Positions 12,952-25,624 of a DNA stretch of 64,000 nt are shown one piece after another. Origin of the DNA: Camelus ferus (lineage: Eukaryota); contig NC_045730.1 in assembly GCF_009834535.1 (NCBI RefSeq), positions 12,152,001 through 12,216,000 of the forward strand, in the 5' to 3' direction. The notes beneath the pieces were generated by a model. That model made no database searches. It was not told where the DNA came from and was given only the letters and a program-made list of their open reading frames with translations. The translations under genes and the position numbers were made by a program. How positions within the stretch are numbered: position 1 is the first letter of the stretch; every line of letters starts with the position of its first letter.

Positions 12952-13116
12952 GCAAGCAGTGAAGATGCTGGAGCAAGCCCGCAGGCTAGAGCCACCAAGT
13001 GTCCCACTGAGGAGCCTGCTTCGGCCTGGACCCCATCGCCACCACCTGCCACTGCTTCCTCCTCAAAGGACGAGGAGGAGGAGGAAGAAGGAGACAAAAT
13101 AATGGCAGAACTCCAG
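12952..13116 (+). CDS. KIAA1217: KIAA1217 coding exon (ASSEDAGASPQ...EEEEEEGDKIMAELQ)
   Basis: gcgcag|GCA AGC...CTC CAG|gtatgt; 165 nt, phase 0 to 0. Confidence 0.94.
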
Positions 13117-16100
13117 GTATGTGGATGAGGTGACTTGACCGTGGCTCCCTGCCCTTCCTGTCTGGGACTCTGGCTGCGTCTCTCACAGATTCCCAAGCTA
13201 GAAAGGGCTGGAAGAGAGCCCTGTGCACCTGGGATGTATCAGCTGCCTCTCTGGCCTCGGCCACCACTTTTCCAAGATGGCGCTGAACTAGGCTCTCGGG
13301 CGCCTTTAAGACACGTGTGAGGAAATGACCGCTGCACAAAACAACTCAGGAAGTTTATACAGAAAAACCGATTGCAAGCTTTCCTTAGCTCTGGCTGGTA
13401 GAACTTCCTTTCCTTTCTTTCAGTGTTACCAGTCTCTGCCTTCACATGGGGTCCCATTCTTTGGCTTTCATTCTTGGGCTGATAGACCTGAAATCATGTG
13501 GCCTCCTGTCCTCCAGACTAAGTTCCCGTTCATCTTTTTTTTAAGTATTCTGAAAAGCTGGATGGTTTTGTTTCCCATTTTTTGTGGTCTCTTTGAGAAA
13601 TACTTATTTTCATTTGTTTTTATTTGTTAACAAATTGTCACCGTCTACCCATAGGCTTGAGGATGGGATACAGGGCTACACCCACATTCACGTCACGGGT
13701 GTGACTCTGCCCAAGGTGTTCATTCTAAGAACTTGTCTAATCAGAGTCATAAACACAAGTCCCAGACCCAAGTCTGTTCATAGAGTATTTCATTTTGATC
13801 CATGAATTAAGGTAGGATTTTTTTCTTGCCCATTCGATGATCAGATCACAACCTCCCTATGGCTCCAAAACACATTCACCAGTGTACCAATGGTTTTGAG
13901 CAGGCCCTGGGATCTGCATTGTTCATTTGGAGTAGAGAGAGTTCTCAAACCATGTCATCCCCACCCCAGTTCTCCCCATCTGCTCTCCATGGTGATAACT
14001 GCCAACATTGAGATGCTTGGATTTTCCAGGGAAAACAGAGCTGCTGGTTGATTTGTCACACACACGAGCCCTTCCAGACCCATTAAAACTCAGACTGGCC
14101 CGACCCATGCCCTCCATCAAACAGTGTGCTTAGACAGGTTGGAGAATTTCATTCTTAGGAACCGTAGATTTAGAAAGTTAGTGACTCACGAAACAGTTGG
14201 GAGCATGGTGGTCTCCATCACTCAGTTACCCAGTGAGGACCCTCTGACTCAGATACCAGTGTGTCAAGGCTACTTGGTGCCCGGCCTGAGCTGTGTCAGG
14301 CAGATGCTGGGGCCAGTCATGATAGCATTTGCCCCCAAATTATGGCATATACAACAAATACCGTATAAATAATAAATAAATCATGGTGTGAATAAATCAC
14401 AGCCCGGTTTGGCTCAAACGGAAGAGAAAGCACTAGATAATGTGAAACAAGCTTTGTAACCTGTGAAAGGTGAACAACCACTAGCCATCAAAGAACTGTA
14501 GGTTTTAGGTTTGTCAGCAGCCCTGCACCAGCCCTCAGGAGAAGTCACTCATCTGTTCCAGACACTGAGAGCCCATCACCTGAGACTCTGTCCTCCCATC
14601 GAAGTCAGAATATCTTTGATGCTTTCTTTGACTGAAAGCTTCTCAAAGGGCAGAGTATCTGGCTTCTTGTTACATTCTTGGTGGTTGGGTCCCAGCGTGA
14701 GTGAAGCGCTCTAACCCTAACGTGACCTTGTTCCCCTTCCTGCCACGGGGAGGGCCCAACCTGCTGCATCAAGGAGTCGGCCTGCGGCTCTGTGGGCTCT
14801 GTCTATACCCGCCTCAGCTCCCGCTGAGGCAGGACAGGGAACAGCTGCAGCCCCCTGAGTAATTGCAGAACCACTGTCCTGCTCCGTGTTATCAGGCTTC
14901 AGAAGAAACTACAAAGCCTGGGGTCTGACGGCCCACGGAGATGGCAAGTAGCCCTAGTAAGCAAAGCCCTGGGCATCTCCAGGGCCAGCGAGGACCAGGG
15001 TGTCTACGGCGGGAACAGGGAGTCAGTCAGCAGAGCCGGGGAAGAGCAGGCTGCGGAAGGTCCAGGCTTCTGCTCCGCTCTGATTTTAAAACCACTGCTG
15101 AAATGTTCCCTTGGGGAGGGCGTGGGTGGTTCCTTCTGTCTGCAGTTATTTCCAAATAATAATATTCGTTTAAAAAAAAAAAGACAGTATTTGACATTAA
15201 GAAAATATAAGGTGATTATTTGAAATTATTCATTTAAATAACTGACCTTTAATCCTGCCTGCACATGAGAATACCTTGAGGAGTTGAAAAAAAAGTCCTG
15301 CAGCGTGGAGAGTCTGACTTTATTCTCTGGGTGAGGCCTGGGTAGCAGTAGTTTTTTTGTTTTTTTTTTTAATTGGGTGTCACGTAGCCTGATTTCAAGA
15401 AACTCTGGGGCTTGGGTTACCGTCTCTCCAGCTCTAAGGATCATATACATTGTGACTCCCTATCTGTCCTGTAGACACAGCTGATGCTTCCTCTGTGTCT
15501 GAGACCCAGCCCCCCCCCCTCAGTGTCCCCGTGAGTGGCCACGGGTGGCTGTAACTATAATCGTTAGTTTTCAGAGACAAGTCTAGGCGGATCAGGCAGC
15601 TCCCAGGCCGCTCAGAATCGCACGTCTGCTAGAGCCTCACTTGACCCTGCATGAGCCTCAGAACAGCTCAGAGTGTGGGAGTATCTGTGGCTGTGAACAA
15701 TTAATTGTTAAGGATTACTTTCATTTTAAGGTTCAAAAGTTTGCAATACCTTGTGCCCTTTTATCTATAATCTCAATAAAACTGGTTAAAACAATAATGA
15801 AGAGAAAAGAAGGATAGCGTCTCCTTTTGTCTGAATTCATTCACATATTTAGCATTTTTTAAAGGTCAAAGCCCTTTAAGAGAAGCCCTACTAAGTGCAA
15901 ATCAGTTTCATGCAGATGGGAAGAAAGGGCATTGTTTTCAAGGGCTCTGTCCATTTCAAGGGCTCTGTCTAGTTCATCTTGGTCTGGCCCAGGAAATAAA
16001 GAAGCCTTTGCCCCGGGCTTTGCCAGCCTGAACTCAAACAGGAAGCCGGTTTTTAGGGCACTGCCTCCCTGGCCCTCACGCAGGATGGGCCTGGGTCTGG

Positions 16101-16190
16101 ATGGGGAATTCCTCCAGATTCCCTGTCTGTTCCCTCTGACCTTCTTGCTATACTCGGATCCCTGTTAACCTAAGTATTTTAATTCCTTAG

Positions 16191-16310
16191 GCATTCCAGA
16201 AGTGTCCCCTTATGGATGTAAATTCAAACAGTCACGCTGAGCAGTCCCGGGCTGACAGTCACGTTAAAGACACTAGGCCGGGGGCCACAGTCCCGCCCAA
16301 GGAGAAGAAG
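16191..16310 (+). CDS. KIAA1217: KIAA1217 coding exon (AFQKCPLMDVNSNSH...PPKEKK)
   Basis: ccttag|GCA TTC...AAG AAG|gtaacg; 120 nt, phase 0 to 0. Confidence 0.94.
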
Positions 16311-19300
16311 GTAACGTGGCAGTTACACGTTTGCCACCCAGTGGCCCATCCTTCTTTCCTTGCTCTGACACTAACACCACTCCTGTGCTTGAGCCTCTGT
16401 GACTTTTCCGTTTCCTCCCTTTTTTTTTTCCTTCAAACTAATGGAGACACAGCTTGGGGTTTCACCAGAGATATCTGGTTCAGGTTTCCAGAGTGGGCGC
16501 TGTGTTCCTGTGCACAGCATACAATTACAGACGCAGAATTTAGGCATTTTCCTCCCAAACCAAAGATACACATGCACCTTTCAAGGTTTTCCAGAACAGC
16601 TCTGGGGGGAGAAAAAATGGAAACGTTAACCACGTAGGTCGCACTTATTCTAATGTTTAACTTCTCTTCTGGACCAAAGACATCTACGTTAAAAGCAGGT
16701 GAAAGCTTTAGGTGCCAGCAGAGCTGTATCCTCGCCATCATCCACAGGTGCATTGGTGGAAACACACACATATGTATTTGCACACATGTTCAAGAATGCC
16801 AGAGTTTTTGTTACTATTAGGAATTCTCAAAGTGTACCTCCCAAGATAGGAAGTTCGGTATAGTTTTAGTGCTAGTGTACTGGGTACCACTCTCATGGTT
16901 TCAAAACAGATGTCCAAGCTCTGAAACAAAGGTCACTGTCATGACTTAAGTACTTTAGGGGGAGGACGTTAGCCTGAAGGTTTGAACTTCAACGTCGTTA
17001 AGTTGGATCTCGAGCTTTTGTGATTTTGGGATGTAGAGCCATCTTATTTGATTGAAGCCTCTGTCTAAATTTCAGGATAAAATGCTTATGATGACCAATT
17101 CAAGTCTTAACTTTTTTTTTTTTTTTCCGGCCAGGAACTTGTATCTCAGAATTCAAAGGTTTTAGCTTCCCTTAAGTAAAGTCAAACAGATCAGCCACAA
17201 GGTAGCCAAGGAGCTACTCCAAGTGGGTACCTCAGTCCAGGCATAAGTAAGCCCAGTGAAGGAGATATAGGAGCACAAAATGGGAGGTCTGTTCTAGCAC
17301 GTTCCTTCAAGAGATGCAGTCCAGGGGCTTTCTGCTCCCAGCCGTGCAGCCCCGCCACAGAGGCTGACCCGCTCCCCCGGTCACATCATCACAGGGCCTT
17401 CGTGTAAACCCCATCTGCGCCACGTATCTGGCAAATGAAACCATTAGCCAGGTGATAGGGGGTCCCTCTTGCCGCACCTGGGGAGGTTGTGAGATTGTCA
17501 TTGTTAAATCTTTCTCATGAAGAAAGCCTCCTATTGCTGTGAATTGAACCCATGACAGTCACCTTGGAAATACATTACTTTTTCAATCTGTCGTATTTCC
17601 TTATGTGGCTTTATTAAAACCAACTCATAGAAGGCTCTGGCCTGTCCCATGTTACATGACACACTCAGGCCAGTGAGACTGTGTCTTCTAAAATACTGAC
17701 CGGGAACTTCTCAGAGACCCCTCTGTAGACAGTCATTGTAGAATTCTGCTCACTTGCTGAAAAGTTGTGTGGGGTTTCTTGCCCTGTGATTAGAAATCCA
17801 TATCCCATCGATGACATTTATCTCCATCAAGGGTCCATCAGATACTGAGCGGGTCTGTACTGAGTGCCCGATCCTGGGGCATTAGACACCAGGTTGAATT
17901 ACAGGTGCTTGTTCTGGATAGTTATACTCAGGAGATTGATGTACGTCATGAGAACCGTGACTGTCAGACTTGTCCCCAAATTGTTGTCATTATTAACCTC
18001 TTCCTGGGCTATTCCTCTGCTCTTCTGTAAATTAAATGTTTCTTGGAGTTTTTCTCCTCTCATCATCAAGTGCTAGCCTAGTACTTACTCTTATGCAATT
18101 TTTCTACAACTTATGTCTCTGATTTTGATTTGTTGCCCAAATGCATATTGTCCTTGCTTCACCAGTTGTCTAAACAACCCAAATCTCAGGACCTAAGAAC
18201 AGATATTAAAGAGGCTTAATCAGCTCTCATGCAGAGACCTGACTGTCTAAGACTGTCTGAGACTACATGACAATTGTGAACAAGTGACCCTGGATAAAGT
18301 TAACATGCTTGCTTTGATTCACGCCTTCATTTTTCCAGCCCAGGGCCAAAAATGCTAGATCACATGGAGGCTAAACTTGACATCTTTCTCTGAGTGACTT
18401 CCCTGGTGGAGTATTCCTGCTGCCAGAGCCAGTTTAAAGTCCGTATATCGCTGGTGGCACCTGAAATAGTTAACGATGGTGTCACCCAGCCTCAGCCAAT
18501 CAGGTTGGATGCCAAGCCCTAACCGCCCAGTAAGAATATCAGCTGATGCCAGTTCCTCCTTTGATTCGAGGATCAGTTCACACTCAGGTCCTAGTTCGAC
18601 CTACACGAACTCCCTGTTTGGAGTGGAAACTTTAGGCCGAAACCTCATTTCTGTTTCTTCTTATAACCTTTTACTTGATGCCTTGGTTGTTGAATCTAAA
18701 CATAAAATCCCGCAAAAGAGATTATGTTGTTCAACTGCAGGAGCTGAATCTTACTGCCCTGGTTGGGGGTGCTGGGTGGGGGGCAAGAGGAGGTTAAAAA
18801 TAGGACCTCGGTGTCCGTGCCATGTTTCCCCGTGATTAATACTGACATTGTCTGTGTGTTTTACTCCCTGAATGTGTACGAACATTCTTTCCCTTTCTAA
18901 CCGGGCAGTAGGATGGCTCCGGCTTGTCTTCAGTGGGGCCTGGGTTCTTGTGCTTCGTCATGTTGTCATTGCTTTAACCCAACAGCCTTCTTGGGATCGT
19001 GTCCCATTCTGCTCTCACCTCCTCCTCTTGGGCTTCTGCAGCAAGAAGAAAGGACAGCCGTGCCTTGGAAGTGACAGGGCATGGCTAGTGATAGCTTTGT
19101 GGCAGGGGCCCGAGGCTACTGGTCCAACCCATGCCGGAAAAGGCCGTGCTTCCTGGGGGAGCACCTTCCATGCCTGGTCCTCCCTGCTGGCTGGGTTCTT
19201 ACCTTCTGAATCCTGGTGAGAGCCCTCAGAAATGCATCTTCCCTCTGCATGAGAGCACACAGAGAATCAAAGCTGAAGCATGATGTCACGGTCTCCACTT

Positions 19301-19594
19301 GAGCCTCAAATTTCTGTTCTGTAAATTGTTTAGATGACTTTTTGACAGCCTTGTAACTCTGCATTTGGATTTGATCATCTTGGCTATTATTAGTATGAAG
19401 GTTATTTTGACACTTTACTTGGCAAGTGCAAGTACAAACTGCAAGTATGTTTTCCAATCTGTGATTCAACCAGGGAAAAATAATGTGGGGTTTTTTTTTT
19501 TTCCCATCTCCAAGTACCACACCCAACCAATGCAGACCTCTTATAGGAAAATTCCCATAAAAGAAGCAGAGATGAAACTGAAATAAGTAGCCGG

Positions 19595-19740
19595 CAGAGA
19601 TGCAAAACTTTTCCTGGTCTAGTTTCCTTGAAGCAAGAAAACTGAGGCCCAGGAAGGACATGAAAGGACTTGCCTAAAAATAATAACATAGTTCAGTGGC
19701 AGACCTGGGTTAGAATCAAAATCTGCCTGCTGATACAGTG
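19595..19740 (-). mobile_element. MIR SINE
   Basis: gaaaactgaggcccaggaagg...gacttgcctaa...cagacctgggttagaatc. Confidence 0.7.
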
Positions 19741-20058
19741 TGCTTCCAGCAATGCCCCCGCCCCTACTCTTCTGGTTTTAGAGTCTGCTAAGCTCACAGT
19801 CAGATGTTGAAAAGAGGACGTGCTGGTACAGAACCCGTCCCTTTATTCTCTTAACTGCTCCTCCCAACACAGTGTCAAATCCTTGAAGTATTTGGCTAAT
19901 TGAGATTTTCATCTTGTACAAACACAGGGCATTTTTGGAAGTTGGAGACCCAAGCAAACCAAGGTAAACAGAGCTGTAGGCTCTGGACTGGTGTGTTACA
20001 AATGTGCTTGGCCCGCATGTTTTGGAAGTGTAATTAAAGGAACAGTCTAGGTATAGTG

Positions 20059-20190
20059 NNNNNNNNNNNNNNNNNNNNNNNNNNNNNNNNNNNNNNNNNN
20101 NNNNNNNNNNNNNNNNNNNNNNNNNNNNNNNNNNNNNNNNNNNNNNNNNNNNNNNNNNNNNNNNNNNNNNNNNNNNNNNNNNNNNNNNNN
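20059..20190. other. N-gap (132 nt), probably hiding a short KIAA1217 exon
   Basis: Sequence resumes with AG|gtgagt, a consensus donor, at 20191. Confidence 0.9.
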
Positions 20191-20304
20191 AGGTGAGTTC
20201 ACCAGACGTGTGTTCCAACCGCTACCGTGTAGATTCATGCCCTTCCTTTGCAGATCAGTTTCTGATCACTATATGTGGTTTCCCTCCTCCACCCTCCCTC
20301 CCAG

Positions 20305-21906
20305 GTTCCCGCAGGGGCTCTCACACCTAGTGACCATCCGAAGTGGGACAGAGGAAAGGAGAATAGTATTTCTGATGCACCAAGAACATCAGAATACAAA
20401 ACTGACATCTTCGTGAAGGGAAATTCCATCTCCACCAAGAGTTTGCTTCGAGACGGTAGAAACTATTCCCAGAAAAATGTGTCTAAGGTCAATTCTAGTT
20501 TCTCTGGTGTTAGTTCATTAGAAGATGAAATCAACAAAGGACCTACGATCCCAGGGCTGCAGTATCCTGTTTCTGACACTGAGAATCAGAAGATGAATTA
20601 CGGGAAGACGAAGAGGGTGAGTCAGCAAGGACAAGAAAATACAGATAAGGGCCACCTTCCCTCTCCCACTAGATCAGCTGAATCGACGATTCGTGACATC
20701 AAAACGCAAGACCAAGAGGTTCCCATGACAGAATTTGGCCAAGTTATCTTAAGACCCAAGGGAGCAAGGCATGCTAACGGGATCCCTAATGAGGGTGGGG
20801 AATCGACACCAAGTTCTCCCACCGAGGAAAATGCAACCACCGACAACATTGCCTTCATGATCACCAAAACCGCGGTCCAAGTTCTCTCCAGTGGGGAGGT
20901 CCGAGATATAGTGAGCAAACAGGGAGAAGATGTACAGACAGTCAACATTGATGCCAAAAAAGAGGCGACTGCCCCGCAAGAAGGCACTGAAAGTGAAGAG
21001 CCGGTCGTGTGCCTCGACAAGAAACCTGTGATCATCATTTTTGACGAACCCATGGACATCCGGTCTGCATATAAGAGACTTTCAACCATATTTGAGGAAT
21101 GCGATGAGGAACTGGAGAGAATGATGACGGAGGAAAAGATAGAGGAAGAGGAAGAGGAGGAGAATGGAGATCCTGTGGTCCAGAATAACACTTCCCAAAA
21201 GGTTCCTAAGGAGGCTGTCTCGGGCAGCCTCAGATCAGGGCCGCAGGCTGAGAGTAAATTACAGCCACACTTCCTTTCAGCAGAGACTGGACTGTCAGGA
21301 GGACAGGAGGTGAATAAAACTGAGCCGAGCAAGTTCAGCCAAGTCGATTCGCTAAGCTCAGAAAACCAGGGGGACGTGACTGATGACCAGTCTGAAAGCC
21401 CCAAGAAAAAGTTCAAATTCAAATTCCCGAAGAAGCAGCTTGCTGCTCTCACCCAAGCCATTCGCACAGGAACCAAGACAGGGAAGAAGACCTTGCAGGT
21501 GGTGGTCTACGAAGAGGAGGAGGAGGACGGCACTTTGAAGCAGCACAAGGAAGCCAAGCGATTTGAGATCAGCAGATCTCCATCTGAAGACAGCCCTAAG
21601 AATCTGCTCAGGAGACCAGAGCAGCCCCGTCTGGAGAGCACGGCTCTGATTTCGAGAACTGATGAAATCAGAAAAAACACCTACAGAACATTGGACAGCC
21701 TGGAGCAGACCATCAAACAGCTGGAAAACACGATCAGTGAGATGAGTCCCAAAGCCCTAGTTGATACCTCGTGTTTTTCCAGCAGAGATTCTGTTGCAAG
21801 CTCCTCCCACAGGGTCCAGGGGGCCGGTCCCCAGTCCTTGCTAGTCCCGGATGAAGTTCCCACTGCCCTAGAGCCCCCCTCGTCTATTCCTTCAGCCTCA
21901 CGTAAG
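20305..21906 (+). CDS. KIAA1217: KIAA1217 large coding exon (VPAGALTPSDHPKWDRG...IPSASRK)
   Basis: ctcccag|GTT CCC...CGT AAG|gtatct; 1602 nt open, phase 0 to 0; contains CLDKKPVIIIFDEPMDIRSAYKRLSTIFEE and KKKFKFKFPKKQLAALTQAIRTG. Confidence 0.97.
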
Positions 21907-22423
21907 GTATCTTGGTCTGATGGAAAAGTGAAAAGAACCAGCTGCTTTTTTAAAATCTGCCATAATCACCGTTAGCAAAAGGTGTCTTGTGATTTACTTG
22001 CTTCCTTTCAGGTGGCTCGTTTTGTTTTGTTTTGTTTTTTTGTCTGTTCACCATGATCCCTCTCTCTCACACTTTCTCCCTCGCCTTCCAAACAACAACA
22101 ACTAGGTGTCTAACAGCTAATCGACTCTGTTTTTTACCTCTGTGGCTGACTGGTGTTGGGAAAACCGCAAGGATTTGCTGTTGAAGTGATTGCTCTGATA
22201 CTCACATTAAAATCCGTTTGATCAGTAGTGGAGCAGTTTTATTCTGTTTGATTCTTCAAATTAACCCCAGTGGTGTCTCCTGATGTCCGTCTCCTAGATC
22301 TGTCCTGCATGTAGGGCTGTGGCTTCTCACGTTGAGCTTCTCTGCACACAGTGGGGCGGCCTTGGTGACAATCTGCTCACGAGCATCCTTTCTGTCCCCC
22401 CCTCTCGCTGCTCCTTCCCACAG

Positions 22424-22546
22424 GGCTCCAGTGGGACCCCTCAGACGAGCAGGATGCCTGTTCCCATGAGCTCCAAGAACAGACCCGGAAGCCTGGACAA
22501 ACCCGGCAAGCCGTCCAAACTGCAGGATCCCCGCCAATATCGTCAG
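22424..22546 (+). CDS. KIAA1217: KIAA1217 penultimate coding exon (GSSGTPQTSRMPVP...DPRQYRQ)
   Basis: ccacag|GGC TCC...CGT CAG|gtagtt; 123 nt, phase 0 to 0. Confidence 0.95.
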
Positions 22547-23250
22547 GTAGTTTTACCTTAACCCCGATTTCGGATGGACACTCTTTGCGCTTAAGAAGCA
22601 AGTCGCTGACTTAGTTTATACCAAATATTGCGTTTTTCTTTGTAAGATCCAGTTTACGTAGACACCCTGGATCTGGGGGCCATGAAGACAGTCTAAAAGC
22701 CTTTGTTGAACTTCTCACCACGCTTTTGCATGCTTGCAATAATACGTCTTTTACTTTGTGACGCCAAAGTTGACCTGTTAACACGAGGTGGCAAGCCAGT
22801 TGGTTTTACCTGGGGGAGCATAGTGGTTCATCAGAACACCTTGGGAGACCAAGACAGACAAACCTGCCCTGAAAGTCACCAGTACTAACGTGTGTTGACT
22901 GCATCACACTGGAGGCCCCTTAACTCTCCGCCACGATGCCCCACCCCCACCCCACCTGGTAACACCCCCCGCATGGCCCACCCGGCACCCAGAGATGGGA
23001 GCAGGAGGGTGTGCCTGTTCTCCCAAATGCGTTCTTCCTTCTTTTCTGCTCTGCACATCCTCAGCTCTGCACTTTGGGGGTTCCTACCAGGTCCAGCACA
23101 GCACCACGAGACTTAGCTCAGGCCTTGAATGGTTTGGTTTGGTTTGATGTCTCATTGAATGATTCTCAGAAGGGCTGTGTTGCCAGGCCCTGTGGATTGA
23201 TGGTGTTACCAGCTTCCTGACGAACTGTCTCCCGCCATCTTTATTTGCAG

Positions 23251-23746
23251 GCTAATGGAAGTGCTAAGAAAGCTGGTGGGGACTGTAAGCCTGCTTTCCC
23301 CTCCTTACCTGCTTCTAAGATTCCAGCCCTTTCTCCCAGCTCTGGGAAAAGCAGTTCTCTGCCTTCTTCTAGTGGTGACAGCTCTAACTTCCCTAATCCA
23401 CCTGCTACTAAACCATCAGTTCCTTCTAACCCTCTCAGCCCCCAAACAGGACGATCTGCTCCCTCTGCCTCCCTCATCCCCTCTGTCTCTAATGGCTCCT
23501 TAAAGTTTCAGAGCCCCACTCATACAGGTAAAGGTCACCATCTCTCATTCTCACTGCAGACTCAAAATGGCCGAGCAGCCCCTCCTGCCTCCTCCTCCTC
23601 CCCCCCCTCCCCCCGCCTCCCCCACTTCACTGAATCAAGGTGCCAAGAGCGTCAGGACCATCCATACTCCTAGCCTCACCAGCTACAAGGCACAGAATGG
23701 AAGTTCAAGCAAAGCCACCCCATCCACAGCAAAGGAAACCTCTTAA
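23251..23746 (+). CDS. KIAA1217: KIAA1217 last coding exon (ANGSAKKAGG...TAKETS*), with an apparent +1 C frameshift at 23609-23614
   Basis: ttgcag|GCT AAT GGA; removing one C restores ...SPASPTSLNQGAKSVRTIHTPSLTSYKAQNGSSSKATPSTAKETS and TAA at 23744-23746. Confidence 0.92.
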
Positions 23747-25255
23747 AGGCCAAAATCCTATTAGGCACAAGTTGGAGTTACATTTAAGGAAAAAAAAATT
23801 TTTTTAAACAGTCTTTGGCAACTGTTTTTACAAGAGAATGTAACATATTGCTGTACTGTTTGAGGCTTAATGCTAAGTATGTGCTAAATACTGGACTAAT
23901 AGATTTCCATAAAGCTTGTTTGTTGGTTTTTTTTTTTTTTACTTTGTTGCTATTATAATTACATAGCATTTACTGTCTATATGCAATACCTGTTATATGA
24001 AGTAAGCATGTGTTACAAAAAGAGAGTTTGGCGAGAGAGAAAGGTGTGCGTGAGACAGGAAAAAAAAAAGATGTACTGAGCATGTANNNNNNNNNNNNNN
24101 NNNNNNNNNNNNNNNNNNNNNNNNNNNNNNNNNNNNNNNNNNNNNNNNNNNNNNNNNNNNNNNNNNNNNNNNNNNNNNNNNNNNNNNNNNNNNNNNNNNN
24201 NNNNNNNNNNNNNNNNNNNNNNNNNNNNNNNNNNNNNNNNNNNNNNNNNNNNNNNNNNNNNNNNNNNNNNNNNNNNNNNNNNNNNNNNNNNNNNNNNNNN
24301 NNNNNNNNNNNNNNNNNNNNNNTACATTTGGAAGTAGCGTGCTAGACAGTAAGCTAGTGAAATTCCACACAGGCCAACAAAGGCACATGTAGAAAGCAAT
24401 TATCAACCCTGTTGCACTGCCATGAAAACTATGTATGATCATTTGCCAGCCCAAGCAAGCTAGTTTTCTTTGCTTTTCTTTCTTTTTTTAAAACATGTTG
24501 GGATTCTCTAGTTTTCTTTTGCAGTATCTAAATCCTTTGTTTTGTGAGACATGGTAACCCACACTATTGCATTGTGGATTTTAAAATGTACACTTCTGTA
24601 CGGTTCTGTAAACTGGTAACTTTTTTTGTAAATATATAAATAGACACCAAAAGTACTGTATGTGATAGCACACAGAGTAGTTTTCCCACACCAAAGTTAA
24701 TTTTTATGCATGCTTTAAAAACATATATTGGGAAGGGCAGAAANNNNNNNNNNNNNNNNNNNNNNNNNNNNNNNNNNNNNNNNNNNNNNNNNNNNNNNNN
24801 NNNNNNNNNNNNNNNNNNNNNNNNNNNNNNNNNNNNNNNNNNNNNNNNNNNNNNNNNNNNNNNNNNNNNNNNNNNNNNNNNNNNNNNNNNNNNNNNNNNN
24901 NNNNNNNNNNNNNNNCGAATTTCTAGGCAAAGAACAAACGTTAACTGTTACTGAATTCAGTTTTGGCTTTGAGGGCTCGATTAGTAAACATGTAACCAGA
25001 CACAAACTGGTTTTTCGGAAAGCTCAACTTTTCTGAAAGCTCCGGGGTGACTCGTGATGAGTTTCTGATAAATTCTTTGGAAGGGTAGTTCCTTCCCGTG
25101 AAACTGGCTAACTCTCTTCTCGGTGGCTTACCAAGGTTTGGCTGATGGCAAGTTTCCAACCTCATTTACCAGATGAATTCTTACTGTTCTGCCTTTTTTT
25201 TCACTTGCCAGTAGAAGTAAAATAGAAATAAAATGCCTTTATCACGAGGATTTTT
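23747..25255 (+). other. KIAA1217: KIAA1217 3' UTR (two N-gaps: 24087-24322 and 24743-24915)
   Basis: AU-rich sequence after the stop codon, ending near AATAAA at 25227-25232, which is followed by a U-rich tract. Confidence 0.65.
25227..25232 (+). terminator. Polyadenylation signal AATAAA (KIAA1217)
   Basis: AATAAA with a downstream T-rich element (tttttttttg). Confidence 0.6.
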
Positions 25256-25624
25256 TTTTGAATTCTCAATTTAAAAAAAATTATTGATCTAGAGGAAAAT
25301 ATGCTAGCTAACATTACACCGTATGTATTCATTTTTAAAAATCATGAGAAAAGCTGGTGAAAATAATACCAAGATTATGAATTGACTACAAGAAATCACA
25401 GGAACCCACTTACCATTATTTTTTGTCCCCCCCCCACCAAATATTTAACTTGATTTGATATAAAGTACAAATATTACTGTAATTTTAGCACCTGATTGTT
25501 GATTTTCTCAAACTTCCAGTTTACTGAGCTGGGATGCCTTCACCAGAAATGTATGTCTCAACCTATTATATTAATTATAATCACATGTTTCAGGACACAC
25601 AGGAAAGTCATCCTTTTTTGCCCC

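Noticed and set aside
15936-15969. 18-nt-period tandem duplication
   Set aside because: Ordinary slippage; a similar one lies in L1 at ~34165-34200.
20622-21476. 284-aa minus-strand ORF
   Set aside because: Antisense shadow of the KIAA1217 large exon (poly-Ser from poly-Glu codons); no independent evidence.
21907-21975. Read-through tail of the 566-aa ORF (VSWSDGK...HNHR)
   Set aside because: Simple run-on past the AAG|gtatct donor; no polyA signal or other support.
23993-25036. ORFs spanning N-runs (also near 20, 34, 50 and 57 kb)
   Set aside because: Open only because N codons contain no stops.
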